From NCBI GenBank assembly GCA_016861205.1, contig BOKX01000001.1, forward strand, positions 698,801 to 762,800: a stretch of 64,000 nucleotides of DNA, in the 5' to 3' direction. The position numbers were made by a program, and so were the translations under genes. Position 1 is the first letter of the stretch. Each line of letters starts with the position of its first letter. Shown here piece by piece: positions 37,373 to 47,497 of the stretch. The DNA comes from Patescibacteria group bacterium. GTDB lineage: Bacteria; Patescibacteriota; Microgenomatia; UBA1400; PJMF01. The notes under the pieces were generated by a model. It was not told the origin of the DNA. It saw only the letters and a list, made by a program, of their open reading frames with translations, and did not search any database.

Positions 37373-37873
37373 TTACTTATTAATTACACCTTTGAGCACC
37401 GTTTCGCCTGGTGCAGCCGAAGTGGCGCCGGGCTTAGTAACGTTGACTTCAAACGGTAACAAGGCTTCATCGATGGCGGCACTACCAATGTAGCCACCTT
37501 TACCTGGTACCAGTTCAAACGCTTTCTGACGTTGTGAACCGCCCACCTTGTTTAACCAAACTTGGTACCCACCGGTGCCTGGCTTTGGCAGTTCGGCCAT
37601 GACAGTAAACCGCACTTTGCCATCTTTGATCTCGTAACGAACTTCACCATTCACTTCGCCTTCACCGCTCAGAGTTGCGGTTTTCAAATCTGGAGAACCC
37701 TTGATGATGGCAGCTTGGGTGTCTTCGCTAAGATTCTCAATGGTGACACCTTCGCCAAAGTCCGAGATCTCACCTTTGTTGGCTGGCGTGTTCATCGAGT
37801 ACCAACGATACGCTAAGAAAATCACGATCACTAACGCGATCAGTGGGAAAATAAATGGCACAAATTTTTTCAT
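37373..37873 (-). CDS. Membrane-anchored protein, anti-sigma RskA C-terminal-like
   Basis: N-terminal TM; LP.P..GGYQVWL...VLKG. Confidence 0.6.
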   Translation of the reverse strand: MKKFVPFIFPLIALVIVIFLAYRWYSMNTPANKGEISDFGEGVTIENLSEDTQAAIIKGSPDLKTATLSGEGEVNGEVRYEIKDGKVRFTVMAELPKPGTGGYQVWLNKVGGSQRQKAFELVPGKGGYIGSAAIDEALLPFEVNVTKPGATSAAPGETVLKGVINK

Positions 37874-37903
37874 GTCACCCCTTCCTCAGGATGTCTGACG
37901 TTG

Positions 37904-38542
37904 TTACTTAAGGAACGACTCAACAGTTGTCAGCAACTGTTGTGGGGCAGTGAGTTGGCGACCATTCACAAATAGAGTGGGCGTGGCTTGGATCTTAATT
38001 TGGTTGCCAGTGGCGACATCAGTGGCCACTCGCTGTTTGATCGCTTCTGAGTCTATTTTCTCTAGAAACGTAGCTTTGTCAATTCCTAGTTCTTCAGCAT
38101 AGGCCGCAAATTGGTCTTTTGCCTCTGCTTCAGTCTTGAGCTGGCTCCAGGTGGACTGTCGATCAAACAGGAGATCGTGCATCTCCCAAAACTTTCCGCT
38201 CTCGGCGGCCACCTCTGAAGCTTGAGCTGCGAGCAAGGCGTTCTGGTGGATGTTAACCAGTGGATAGTGGCGATAGATCACGCGGACCTTATCTGGATAT
38301 GTGGCCGCAACCTGGCTCACAAGTGGTTCAATCGCTCGGCAGGCTGGACATTGAAAATCACTAAACTCGACAACAGTGACTTGAGCACTTTGGGTTGCCC
38401 CTTTGACTAACCGCGCCTCACCTGCAACTAACTGAGGATCGAGTTCTTGCGGTGCGGCTTGGCGCGAAAACACCATTACCATGGCTCCAATTAAGACCAT
38501 GGTTCCGAACAAAGTAGCAATCAGTAAAGGAATGTTTTTCAT
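37904..38542 (-). CDS. DsbA-family thioredoxin-fold protein
   Basis: EFSDFQCPAC, RHYPL, ATPTLFVNG. Confidence 0.92.
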   Translation of the reverse strand: MKNIPLLIATLFGTMVLIGAMVMVFSRQAAPQELDPQLVAGEARLVKGATQSAQVTVVEFSDFQCPACRAIEPLVSQVAATYPDKVRVIYRHYPLVNIHQNALLAAQASEVAAESGKFWEMHDLLFDRQSTWSQLKTEAEAKDQFAAYAEELGIDKATFLEKIDSEAIKQRVATDVATGNQIKIQATPTLFVNGRQLTAPQQLLTTVESFLK

Positions 38543-38566
38543 AGCGTTCCCTTTAGTAGTGTGGTC

Positions 38567-38881
38567 TTAAACCTCGCGTGGCCAGACCTGTTGATTGGTG
38601 GTGGTGTCTATCACTCGAATGGCTGCGGTTGGACAACTTTGAGCGGCCAATAACTTGGTGTCGTCATCGTTGCCATCTTGCGAGAGGATCTCAGCGATGT
38701 TTTGCTCATTGAGCTGAAACACTTGAGGAGCGATCGCCACACAACTAGCGGCACCGATGCACTTCTCATTGATGACTTCAACTCGATACTTACCAGCTTG
38801 ATGCGTTTGTGCAACGGCAGCCTGACCCGGAACTGCTGGCTTGGCTGTGGCTGTATTTGGTGTTTTAGCTTGATCTGTCAT
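38567..38881 (-). CDS. Ferredoxin (probably 3Fe-4S)
   Basis: CIGAASC...CPT.AI. Confidence 0.88.
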   Translation of the reverse strand: MTDQAKTPNTATAKPAVPGQAAVAQTHQAGKYRVEVINEKCIGAASCVAIAPQVFQLNEQNIAEILSQDGNDDDTKLLAAQSCPTAAIRVIDTTTNQQVWPREV

Positions 38882-38900
38882 AATAATCCTGTGCTACTTG

Positions 38901-39611
38901 TTAATAAAATTTCTCGTGATGAATGTGCTGTGGCTCAATACCTTTGGTCGGTAAGAACGCCATCACCTCTTTGATCATAGCTTGATTACCACACAAGTAG
39001 TACCCAGCTTTGGGTGGGAGTGCATGGACTGCTAAACAATCAGTCACCCGACCTCGACAGAGTGGCCACTCGGGGGTGGGTTGCGAAATGACTGGGTGGA
39101 AATGGAAGTTGGGAAAGGTTTCGCTCAACTCTTGAAACTCGTCTTGCCAAAACAAGTCTTCTAAATGTCGCAACCCCCAGTACAACCAAATTTCGCGCTG
39201 GTCTTTTTTCTCCTGCAAAAGATCAAGCACCATGCTTCGAAACGGCGTCACACCAGAGCCAGTCGCAATCAACATCAGCTGCTCTTCACTAGGATCGTCA
39301 GCAATGGTGAAAACACCCATTGGCGCCAGCACATCGGCTGTCTCTCCAAGCTGCATACCATCAAGGTATTTCACTCCCAAACCGTTGGGGGTGTTGTCGA
39401 CCATCAGCTCAAAACCGTGGGCTTTCTCCGGAGAACTACAGATCGAGTATGAGCGACGATCACCATGTTCGCTGACTTTGAACGAGGCGTACTGGCCGGC
39501 CGCGAATGGCACACTAGCTGGCGAGACATACTCAAAGTAGTACTGCACAAACTTAGCATTAAGTGGCTTTTTATCGACTAGTTGGACTTTACAGACTTGA
39601 GGCGGTTGCAT
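38901..39611 (-). CDS. Ferredoxin-NAD(P)+ reductase-like flavoprotein
   Basis: RSYS, G.G, ATGSGVTP, YLCG, EKF. Confidence 0.9.
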   Translation of the reverse strand: MQPPQVCKVQLVDKKPLNAKFVQYYFEYVSPASVPFAAGQYASFKVSEHGDRRSYSICSSPEKAHGFELMVDNTPNGLGVKYLDGMQLGETADVLAPMGVFTIADDPSEEQLMLIATGSGVTPFRSMVLDLLQEKKDQREIWLYWGLRHLEDLFWQDEFQELSETFPNFHFHPVISQPTPEWPLCRGRVTDCLAVHALPPKAGYYLCGNQAMIKEVMAFLPTKGIEPQHIHHEKFY

Positions 39612-39684
39612 ATCGACCGATCATACGTAAAAACTGGCTATCTGTCAGCTAGGATTCTGGTGATCTAGATTACCAAAATCAGAT

Positions 39685-40245
39685 TTACTGTAGTTGTTTG
39701 GCCCAATCTCGGCCATACCACAACCCTAACGCTAACTTGGCAATACCTGAGTACTCTTCCGTTCGATCCGTAAAATCTTGGGTCACGACTCCGATCATGC
39801 CGTTGCGTTTGCGCAGATCAGCAATGCCAGTCAGTTGTGACACGGCGGGACCCATCTCTTGACCGGATCGGATAGCGGCTGCGATGGGTTCAGGCACTTG
39901 GAAACGCGCTCCGTTGGCCGTCCAAACTTGACCAGATTGATCGGTGACTGCTACCCAGACCGTTGACCACAGTTCGCCATTGGGCTGCTCGAACACTCCA
40001 CCCTCCAAACCAACGCCCAAAGACTCGGCGTCGGCTGCTGTCGAGTTATCAGCCAATCCAGCCTCGAGGGCTAACTTGGCCCGTTGCTCAGCACCTTGGC
40101 GGGTCTCGGCGTCGCTGCGCGGTTGGGCCGCTACCCCGCTGGGAACTTCGAACCCTTTGACGCTCACTTCTGGCCAAGTCTCACTGGCTGCCAGCACTAC
40201 GGCGTTACACTTGACTGGATTGGTTGAACCAACAAAAATCGTCAT
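39685..40245 (-). CDS. Inosine/xanthosine triphosphatase (YjjX/DUF84)
   Basis: VGSTNPVK, SGV..QP, GLEGG. Confidence 0.9.
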   Translation of the reverse strand: MTIFVGSTNPVKCNAVVLAASETWPEVSVKGFEVPSGVAAQPRSDAETRQGAEQRAKLALEAGLADNSTAADAESLGVGLEGGVFEQPNGELWSTVWVAVTDQSGQVWTANGARFQVPEPIAAAIRSGQEMGPAVSQLTGIADLRKRNGMIGVVTQDFTDRTEEYSGIAKLALGLWYGRDWAKQLQ

Positions 40246-40607
40246 ACTTCTCGAGTTAAGGTAGAGATACCCAGCAGTAAACACTTGATCCGACCTGGGC
40301 TGATTTCACTCAAGCCCAACTCGGCTAAAATTTCTGCCTGAGTTATTTTTTCGATCTCTGCCCAAGTTTTACCAATCGCCAAATCAGCCACTACACTCAT
40401 GGCCGCCTGGCTAATAGCACAACCTTGACCCGACCAGAGTATATCAACCACTTGCTGACGATCAGCTGAAAGCTTGAGATACACTGTCATGTCATCACCA
40501 CAGCTAGCATTTAAACCAGTTTTGACCTGATCTGGATCAGACATCTGGCCAAAGTGGTGTGGATGACGTGCCATTTCTAGTAGTTCTTCAGGGTAAAGAT
40601 CACTCAT
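40242..40607 (-). CDS. sufU: Fe-S scaffold/sulfur transfer protein SufU
   Basis: N.SCGD, GCAISQA, RIKC. Confidence 0.92.
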   Translation of the reverse strand: MSDLYPEELLEMARHPHHFGQMSDPDQVKTGLNASCGDDMTVYLKLSADRQQVVDILWSGQGCAISQAAMSVVADLAIGKTWAEIEKITQAEILAELGLSEISPGRIKCLLLGISTLTREV

Positions 40608-41879
40608 TTAAACTCCAAAAGTGGCTTTCACTTTCTCGAGTCCAGTCACCAGGACGTCAAGTTCAGCTGGCGTGGTATACAGCTGAAAACTAGCTCGCGT
40701 ACTGGCGGCTACACCCAGTTTGACGTGCAGTGGCATGGTGCAGTGATGACCACTGCGAACTGCCACTCCCACTGAGTCGAGGATTTGACTAACGTCATGC
40801 GAGTGAACACCTTTGTACACAAAACTAACTGAGCCAACTCGGCCAAGTTCCTGGTCGGACTTTTCAGGTTTGGTGGGTCCCAAAATAGTAATTGCTGGCA
40901 ACTGCGATAGTTTCTGGATGGTCAGCTCGACCAGTTCGACATCATACTTAGCCACTTGGGACATCCCAATTTTTGCCAAGTACTGACAGGCAGCCGCCCA
41001 ACCCACTAATCCAGCTACGTCCGGCGTGCCAGCGGTAAATCGTTCTTCTAGATCATCAATAAACGTGGCCGTGTGCGTGGTAACAACATCGATCATGCCA
41101 CCACCGTATAAGAACGGTGGTAACTCTGCCAAGAGTGCCTCGGGAATCAACACTGCCCCAATGCCCATTGGGCCAAGCATTTTGTGCGCGGAAACCGCGT
41201 AAAAATCAACACCGAGCTTGGCAAACTCGATCGGCAGATGTGGTGCTGCTTGAGCCCCATCGACAAAAAATCGGGTTGATACCTGGTACTGGTGACGATG
41301 GTCAGCCAACAACTCAGCAATCTCAGCAATTGGATTAACCGTCCCCAGCGCGTTCGAGACATGACTGAGTGCCACTAACTTCAACCGCGCACCTGCCTCA
41401 GTCAGTAGTTGTTGCAGCCGCCCCATGTCGAGCCGACCAGTTTCGGTAAATGGCACTACCATGATCTGGGCTTGGGTCTTAGCAGCCAGTTGCTGCCAAG
41501 GCACCAAGTTACTGTGGTGATCCATTTCTGATAACAGCAAAACATCATCGGCTGTAACGGCTTGTTCGCCCCAGCTACGTGCTACCAGGTTGGCTGCTTC
41601 GGTCGTGTTGCGCACAATCACGAGCTCGCTTGGCTTCGCACCAAAAAATTCAGCAATCACTCGCCGAGAATCGTGGAAAGCAGTGGTGCTCTCATCACTC
41701 AATTGGTGAACTCCGCGATGAACATTGGCGTTGTGTTGGGTGTAGTACTCGACGATCGCGTCGATGACGGCTTGTGGTTTTTGCGAAGTAGCCGCGTTGT
41801 CCAAGTAAACTAACGGCTGACCGTGAACTTGACGAGACAAAATCGGAAAATCACGGCGGTACGCCTCTGCGTTAAACAT
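40608..41879 (-). CDS. sufS: Cysteine desulfurase SufS
   Basis: YLDNAATSQKP, SAHKMLGP, RSGHHC. Confidence 0.95.
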   Translation of the reverse strand: MFNAEAYRRDFPILSRQVHGQPLVYLDNAATSQKPQAVIDAIVEYYTQHNANVHRGVHQLSDESTTAFHDSRRVIAEFFGAKPSELVIVRNTTEAANLVARSWGEQAVTADDVLLLSEMDHHSNLVPWQQLAAKTQAQIMVVPFTETGRLDMGRLQQLLTEAGARLKLVALSHVSNALGTVNPIAEIAELLADHRHQYQVSTRFFVDGAQAAPHLPIEFAKLGVDFYAVSAHKMLGPMGIGAVLIPEALLAELPPFLYGGGMIDVVTTHTATFIDDLEERFTAGTPDVAGLVGWAAACQYLAKIGMSQVAKYDVELVELTIQKLSQLPAITILGPTKPEKSDQELGRVGSVSFVYKGVHSHDVSQILDSVGVAVRSGHHCTMPLHVKLGVAASTRASFQLYTTPAELDVLVTGLEKVKATFGV

Positions 41880-41921
41880 GAGGGTATTGTATCAACTAAA
41901 ACTGGAAATTAGAGACTCTTC

Positions 41922-42428
41922 CTAAGTTAGCGTTAAAAAGCCCTCCACCACCAGGGCTTCAGCTTCAGCTCGAGGCAAACCGCGGCTCATCAGATAGAAC
42001 AGCTGTTCTTCAGGAATGCGACTAACACTGGCGGCGTGCGAACACTTTACATCATCTGTCAAAATCTCTAGATCAGGTACCGCCTCAGCCTTAGCCTCGT
42101 CCGAGAGCAGCAAAATCCGCTCAGTCAAAAATGAGTTGGTGTCGCCACAGTCCTTATCGATAATTATTCGACCCACAAACCGAATTCTGGCTCGGTCACG
42201 AGCCACTCCTTTGAGCGTGGTATTGGCTCGAGTGTGTGGGGCTTGATGATGAATAATGACTTGGAGATCCAGCTGCCCTGAGCCGGCCAACTGGAAGGAG
42301 CCAGCGATCTCGACTTCTGCGCCAGCTTCGGCCAGGATGACGTGATACTCACCAGCTTCAGTTAGTACGAGGCTCGTGGGCTGATCGGTTTTGCGAATGG
42401 TGTGCGTAGTTACCTGTGATTGAGACAT
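41922..42428 (-). CDS. sufD: Short SufD-family protein
   Basis: P.LEI..DDVKCSHAA...LFYLMSRG; only 168 aa. Confidence 0.85.
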   Translation of the reverse strand: MSQSQVTTHTIRKTDQPTSLVLTEAGEYHVILAEAGAEVEIAGSFQLAGSGQLDLQVIIHHQAPHTRANTTLKGVARDRARIRFVGRIIIDKDCGDTNSFLTERILLLSDEAKAEAVPDLEILTDDVKCSHAASVSRIPEEQLFYLMSRGLPRAEAEALVVEGFLTLT

Positions 42429-42432
42429 AGTT

Positions 42433-42651
42433 TTATTTTTGCTTACTCAAAATTTTTCTCATGCCTTCAAGAAATCTTGATATATAAGTAATTCGATACA
42501 GCAACAATCCAAACGGCATCATTACCATTAACAGCCCAATCCAACCCCACGACACACCCTCAGATCTCAATGCCCATACCCCACAACCAGCAATAAAAAA
42601 AATCCCAATCAGAGTTGTTAATCGTCGGATAGGTTTTGATAGCAACTTCAT
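42433..42651 (-). CDS. Small 2-TM hypothetical protein inside the suf operon
   Basis: 72-aa ORF overlapping the sufB stop (ATGA). Confidence 0.6.
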   Translation of the reverse strand: MKLLSKPIRRLTTLIGIFFIAGCGVWALRSEGVSWGWIGLLMVMMPFGLLLYRITYISRFLEGMRKILSKQK

Positions 42652-44075
42652 CCCACACTCCCTTCCATCTCGTAATCGATCAAGCGATTCATCTCGACTG
42701 CGTACTCCAGTGGCAGTTTGCGAACCAGGCCTTCGATAAAGCCATTGACGATTAGCTTGCGAGCATCCTCCTCGGAAATACCACGGCTCATCAGGTAAAA
42801 CAGCTGGTCTTCACCAATTTTAGATACCGTGGCTTCGTGCTGCACTTGGACGTTTGAGTTGAAAACTTTGTCCACTGGATAAGTGTCAGTCCGTGATTTG
42901 TCATCGAGAATCAAAGCATCACAGATCACCGTGTTTTTACTGTCATAAGCGTGCGGACCAACGTTGACCAAACCACGATAGCTGGCTCGCCCGCCGTCTT
43001 TGGAAATTGATTTTGAGATGATCGTCGAGCTGGTGTGCGGGGCCAAGTGGATTGCTTTTGAACCAGTATCCTGGTGCTGACCAGCTCCAGCCAAGGCCAT
43101 TGACAAGGTTTCACCACGAGCACCTGGTCCAGCCAAGATAAACCCGGGATACTTCATGGTGACTTTGGAACCCATGTTGAAGTCGGTCCAAACCATTTCG
43201 CCCTCGGCGTCGACGTGAGCACGTTTCGTCACCAAGTTGTAGACATTTTTGTACCAGTTTTGAATGGTGGTGTATTGGCAGCGCGCGCCCTTTTTAACAA
43301 AAATTTCGACCACTGCAGAATGCAGTGAACTCGAAGAAAAGTTGGGAGCGGTGCAGCCTTCCACGTAGTGGACACTCGCGCCCTCATCGACAATGATCAA
43401 GGTGCGCTCAAACTGACCGGCGTTGGCCGCATTAATTCGGAAGTAGGTCTGAAGAGGCATTTTGACATGGACACCTTTGGGCACGTAGACAAATGATCCA
43501 CCAGACCAGACGGCTGTGTTGAGGGCTGAGAACTTGTTGTCGCCACTGGGGATAACTTTGCCAAAGTACTCTTTGACCAAATCAGGGTGCTCACGCAAGC
43601 CTTCGTCCATCGACAGAAAAATGACACCGTCCTTGGCCCATGTTTCTTTCAGAGATCCGTACACCACCTCACTGTCGTACTGGGCTTTTACCCCCGCCAG
43701 CACATCGCGCTCAGCTGCTGGAATACCGAGTCGATCAAAGGTGGTCTTGACCTCTGGCGGCACTTTGTCCCAAGAGTCAACTTGGTCGTCAGTTGGTCGC
43801 AAGTAGTAGCGGATTTGGTCATAGTTGATGGCAGTCAGGTCAGCGCCCCACAACGGCAGTGGCTTGGCTAAGAACTGCTCATACGCGGTCAGTCGCAGCT
43901 GACGCATCCAGTCTGGTTCGCCTTTGAGGTGAGAAATCTCCTCCACTACTCCACGATTGAGGCCTGGCTTGGTGATGTAGCTGTAGTTGGAGGTGTCAAA
44001 AGAGTACCCGTGCTCGTATGAGTCACCGGCGTGCGGATCAAACTGGTCGGTTTTTTTCTGTGCAAAACGAGCCAT
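42648..44075 (-). CDS. sufB: Fe-S cluster assembly protein SufB
   Basis: GQFERTLII, YVEGCTAP, SLHSAVVE, HEATVSKI. Confidence 0.97.
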   Translation of the reverse strand: MARFAQKKTDQFDPHAGDSYEHGYSFDTSNYSYITKPGLNRGVVEEISHLKGEPDWMRQLRLTAYEQFLAKPLPLWGADLTAINYDQIRYYLRPTDDQVDSWDKVPPEVKTTFDRLGIPAAERDVLAGVKAQYDSEVVYGSLKETWAKDGVIFLSMDEGLREHPDLVKEYFGKVIPSGDNKFSALNTAVWSGGSFVYVPKGVHVKMPLQTYFRINAANAGQFERTLIIVDEGASVHYVEGCTAPNFSSSSLHSAVVEIFVKKGARCQYTTIQNWYKNVYNLVTKRAHVDAEGEMVWTDFNMGSKVTMKYPGFILAGPGARGETLSMALAGAGQHQDTGSKAIHLAPHTSSTIISKSISKDGGRASYRGLVNVGPHAYDSKNTVICDALILDDKSRTDTYPVDKVFNSNVQVQHEATVSKIGEDQLFYLMSRGISEEDARKLIVNGFIEGLVRKLPLEYAVEMNRLIDYEMEGSVG

Positions 44076-44090
44076 AGGCCTTTTTTTTGG

Positions 44091-44426
44091 TTAACTTAGA
44101 TCTTCAATGGCAATCACTTGGTGAGCGATGGCTTCAAACTCCAGTCGTAATTTTTGATGATCGTCATCGGTTTGCCAAAATGCTTCTAACGTCTCGGTTG
44201 GTCCTAACGCTCGATCTTCGAAGGTTGTCCACAACTTATCCCAATCTTCTTGGGCGAGCGCTAAAATTCCGAGGGCGGCCGCCGCTTTTGCCTGCGTCAG
44301 GATCTCTCGCATCAGATGTGTGGCTGTATACTCTGGCATATGTTTTTGGTGCCAGCTCAAACTTCGGGCTTTATCCTGTAGTACGCTCAAGTTGATATAT
44401 GATCCTGTTTCCATACTCACTTTCAT
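44091..44426 (-). CDS. Hypothetical protein inside the suf operon
   Basis: ORF coupled to the sufC stop (TGATG). Confidence 0.55.
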   Translation of the reverse strand: MKVSMETGSYINLSVLQDKARSLSWHQKHMPEYTATHLMREILTQAKAAAALGILALAQEDWDKLWTTFEDRALGPTETLEAFWQTDDDHQKLRLEFEAIAHQVIAIEDLS

Positions 44427-45187
44427 CAGGCAGCTAATGTTTGATATCCCTTTTCCTCGATGTGTTCCACCAGTTCGTTACCACCACTCTGAGTGATAAC
44501 TCCCTCTTTGAGAATATGAACGTGGCTGGGCTTCAAGTACTTGAGGATGCGTTGGTAGTGGGTGATGACGATCACGCCGGTCTGGTATTTTTTGACAATT
44601 TTCTTGACCCCGCTTGCCACAGCTCGAATGGCGTCAACGTCCAGGCCAGAGTCTGTCTCGTCAAGCACGGCAAACTGTGGTTCCAACACCGCCATCTGCA
44701 GAATCTCGAGGCGCTTCTTCTCGCCACCACTGAAACCTTCGTTCAAACCCCGCTTCAACAAAGCTGGGTTGACTTGTAACTCCTCGGCTAGTTTTTCGAC
44801 GTGTTGGCGAAACTTCAAGGCTGAAGCAAACAGCTTGTCGGGTTGGTTGGCAAATCGAGCTTGGTGGGCTTGGCGCAAAAAGTTTTGGACCCGCACCCCA
44901 GGAATTTCCATCGGATACTGGAATGCCAGGAACAAGCCAGCTTGGGCCCGCTCATCAGGTGACATCTCCAATACTGGTACGCCGCCCAATGTAACTCTAG
45001 AATCACCGTCGGGCATTACTTCATAACTTGGGTGACCAGCCAGCGTGTATGCCAAAGTTGACTTACCTGAACCATTGGGGCCCATGATAGCGTGAACTTC
45101 ACCAGGCTTTACAGTCAGGTCAATCCCGCGCAAAATCGGTTTTCCGTCAACACTAACCTTTAAGTTGTGAATTACGAGTTCGGTCAT
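44426..45187 (-). CDS. sufC: Fe-S cluster assembly ATPase SufC
   Basis: GPNGSGKST, FSGGEKKR, LDETDSGLD, ITHYQR. Confidence 0.97.
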   Translation of the reverse strand: MTELVIHNLKVSVDGKPILRGIDLTVKPGEVHAIMGPNGSGKSTLAYTLAGHPSYEVMPDGDSRVTLGGVPVLEMSPDERAQAGLFLAFQYPMEIPGVRVQNFLRQAHQARFANQPDKLFASALKFRQHVEKLAEELQVNPALLKRGLNEGFSGGEKKRLEILQMAVLEPQFAVLDETDSGLDVDAIRAVASGVKKIVKKYQTGVIVITHYQRILKYLKPSHVHILKEGVITQSGGNELVEHIEEKGYQTLAA

Positions 45188-45189
45188 GA

Positions 45190-45735
45190 TTATTGCTCCT
45201 TGAGTTTTTTGTCGAGCTGAATAGCAAGCAGCAGCTCACCTTTGACATCGCTGGGTGTTTCAAGCGTTTTAATTTCCTCAGCTGAAAACCAACCAATGCC
45301 GGCTGTCTCCTCAAGATTCTGATGAAACGCGACTGAACCCTGAGGTTTTACCAAGTACAAAAAACACAAGTGCTGCTCACAACCGTTACCCCAGTTACGT
45401 TGGGTGGCTTCACTGCGATCACCTCCGTTGACTCGAGCTTCATAGTTTTCGCGTGACACCCAGTGTAGGTTCGTCAAAAAAGGATGCGGTAAGTTTTCTG
45501 CCACATCAGACGGCACGGTTGGGGCGGTATCAACTGCCGTTACCTTCACCCCAGTCTCTTCCCAAAACTCGCGTTCAGCAGCCTTATGGGGCAGCTCATC
45601 GCCTTCGACGTGACCACCTGGAGCCAACCAGATACCCAGTTTCTTGTGTTTGATCAACAAAACTTTGTGCTCGTGAACGAGCACGGCAGCTACCGTGAAA
45701 CAATGTTTAGCGGGGAAGTCCTGCAAATGAGCCAT
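45190..45735 (-). CDS. NUDIX hydrolase
   Basis: PGGHVE...AAEREFWEETG. Confidence 0.92.
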   Translation of the reverse strand: MAHLQDFPAKHCFTVAAVLVHEHKVLLIKHKKLGIWLAPGGHVEGDELPHKAAEREFWEETGVKVTAVDTAPTVPSDVAENLPHPFLTNLHWVSRENYEARVNGGDRSEATQRNWGNGCEQHLCFLYLVKPQGSVAFHQNLEETAGIGWFSAEEIKTLETPSDVKGELLLAIQLDKKLKEQ

Positions 45736-45883
45736 GGGGGGATTTTACCATGCTATGCCTTGGCCAGTGTTCTTGGATGCTAAAAAGGCATCCTCGAACA
45801 CTGCCAAAATCGCATCTAGTATCGCAGGAAACACCGCTTCGTTCAGTTAACTTTTGCCAAAAACTCAAGTCAGGCACCAGAGC

Positions 45884-46468
45884 TTAAAGTAAGCTCATCT
45901 GAACACCGCCATTTTTCTGCGGCGTAAAGCTGAAGTCCACTGGACACTCGACGGATCGATTCCACTTATTTTTAAACTTGACCAAGCCTTTTTTAACTCC
46001 AAAGTCATACACATCCCGCGTGATCGCCACATCTTGCAGACAGTAGTCGCGCAGCTTTTCAAATTGTTTCGTCTGGTAGTACTTGATCGCGTCAAGACCG
46101 TGACCAGTTTTGCCAACTCCCAGAGTCTCCTGAGCAACGGCATCCAACCCAATCCGATGCCCAGCACTTTTTTTGATTCTGGTCAACAAATCGAGAGTGG
46201 GAATGTTAGTAATGTCACCCTGGTAGTAGGGCACTAATGTTTGCATGTCAAAGTCATCAATGTTGAAGCCGACTACCACATCAGCTTGCTCTAAAATGGG
46301 AAATAACTTGGGTAAATCCTGCTCAAAGTAACCCTGCATCTCACCTTGGCCAGTTGTCCCTTGGCGAACGCAGATACCAACAAAGGAAATTTTGAGACGA
46401 TCAGGAAAGTACCCCCCCACTTCGTCGAACGTTTTTTGGGTTTCGACATCTAAAAAAACCTGTAACAT
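45884..46468 (-). CDS. DEDD 3'-5' exonuclease (YprB/RNase H-like)
   Basis: LDVET, GFN...FD, YC.QDV. Confidence 0.88.
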   Translation of the reverse strand: MLQVFLDVETQKTFDEVGGYFPDRLKISFVGICVRQGTTGQGEMQGYFEQDLPKLFPILEQADVVVGFNIDDFDMQTLVPYYQGDITNIPTLDLLTRIKKSAGHRIGLDAVAQETLGVGKTGHGLDAIKYYQTKQFEKLRDYCLQDVAITRDVYDFGVKKGLVKFKNKWNRSVECPVDFSFTPQKNGGVQMSLL

Positions 46469-46516
46469 ACAGTGCACCTTCTATTCCAGGGGTGAGAATC
46501 AGGACTGGTCTCCCAG

Positions 46517-47122
46517 CTAGACTGCTGCCAACCGCCGCGCGACTTCTGGCCAGTTGACCAAGTTCCAAAACGCAGCGATGTACTCTGGACGACGATTTTG
46601 ATACTTCAAGTAGTACGCATGTTCCCAAACATCGAGGCCTAACAACGGTGTGTAACCATCCATCAGAGGTGAGTCTTGATTAGGACGTGCGAGTATCTCT
46701 AGTTTACTGCCATCCTTAGTCGCCAGCCAAGCCCAACCTGAACCGAAGTGGTTTGTGGCGGCTTGAGTCAATTGCTCTTGGAATGTCTTAAAATCTCCAA
46801 AAGATTGCTTGATCGCTTCGGCCAACTCACCAGTTGGTTCTCCACCAGCTTGGGGAGCGAGCACCGTCCAAAACAAGGAGTGATTGGCGTGGCCACCACC
46901 ATGGTTTTTGACCGGAGTTTTAATCTCTTCTGGCACTTTAGAGAACTGTTTGAGCAAATCTTCCACAGAAAGTTGCGCTAGATCGGGATATTTTTCCAGA
47001 GCTGCATTCAGCTTATCAATGTATGTTTGATGATGCTTGGTGTGATGCAGCTTCATGGTGGCCTCATCAAAGTGAGGCTCCAGGGCGGCGTAATCATATG
47101 GCAAAGTTGGCAGTTGATGCAT
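46517..47122 (-). CDS. sodA: Superoxide dismutase (Mn-type signature)
   Basis: [28 protein letters not shown]. Confidence 0.95.
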   Translation of the reverse strand: MHQLPTLPYDYAALEPHFDEATMKLHHTKHHQTYIDKLNAALEKYPDLAQLSVEDLLKQFSKVPEEIKTPVKNHGGGHANHSLFWTVLAPQAGGEPTGELAEAIKQSFGDFKTFQEQLTQAATNHFGSGWAWLATKDGSKLEILARPNQDSPLMDGYTPLLGLDVWEHAYYLKYQNRRPEYIAAFWNLVNWPEVARRLAAV

Positions 47123-47148
47123 AGGTCCTTTCTTGAGAGTCAAACAAC

Positions 47149-47475
47149 TTAATGTTTGCCCCGACCTTCAATCATTTCTAATAGTTCTTGCAAGAGATAA
47201 CCCACAAAAGCATAGGTAAAAATGGCGAACAACGTCGAGAACTCCAGCACAAAGCCGCCAGTGACGGACGAGGTTGGAAACGCAAACTGGAACGGTCTTA
47301 AAAGTGGCAAAGTTGTGTCATACACCCAGCCAACAAACGGCGCTTGAGCATTCGCACCTAGCAACTTGAGCACAAACCGAAAACCCAAGCCCACTTCCAC
47401 CAAACCAAACAGCCAGGTCGCTAGCCCGCTTAGCCAGGAGCTACTCAAAAAATGGGTGGAACTGGAATGTGCCAT
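47149..47475 (-). CDS. YggT-family membrane protein
   Basis: [10 protein letters not shown]...VY..T.PL..PF. Confidence 0.8.
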   Translation of the reverse strand: MAHSSSTHFLSSSWLSGLATWLFGLVEVGLGFRFVLKLLGANAQAPFVGWVYDTTLPLLRPFQFAFPTSSVTGGFVLEFSTLFAIFTYAFVGYLLQELLEMIEGRGKH

Positions 47476-47497
47476 GTCTTAAGTGTAGCAGAGGTCG

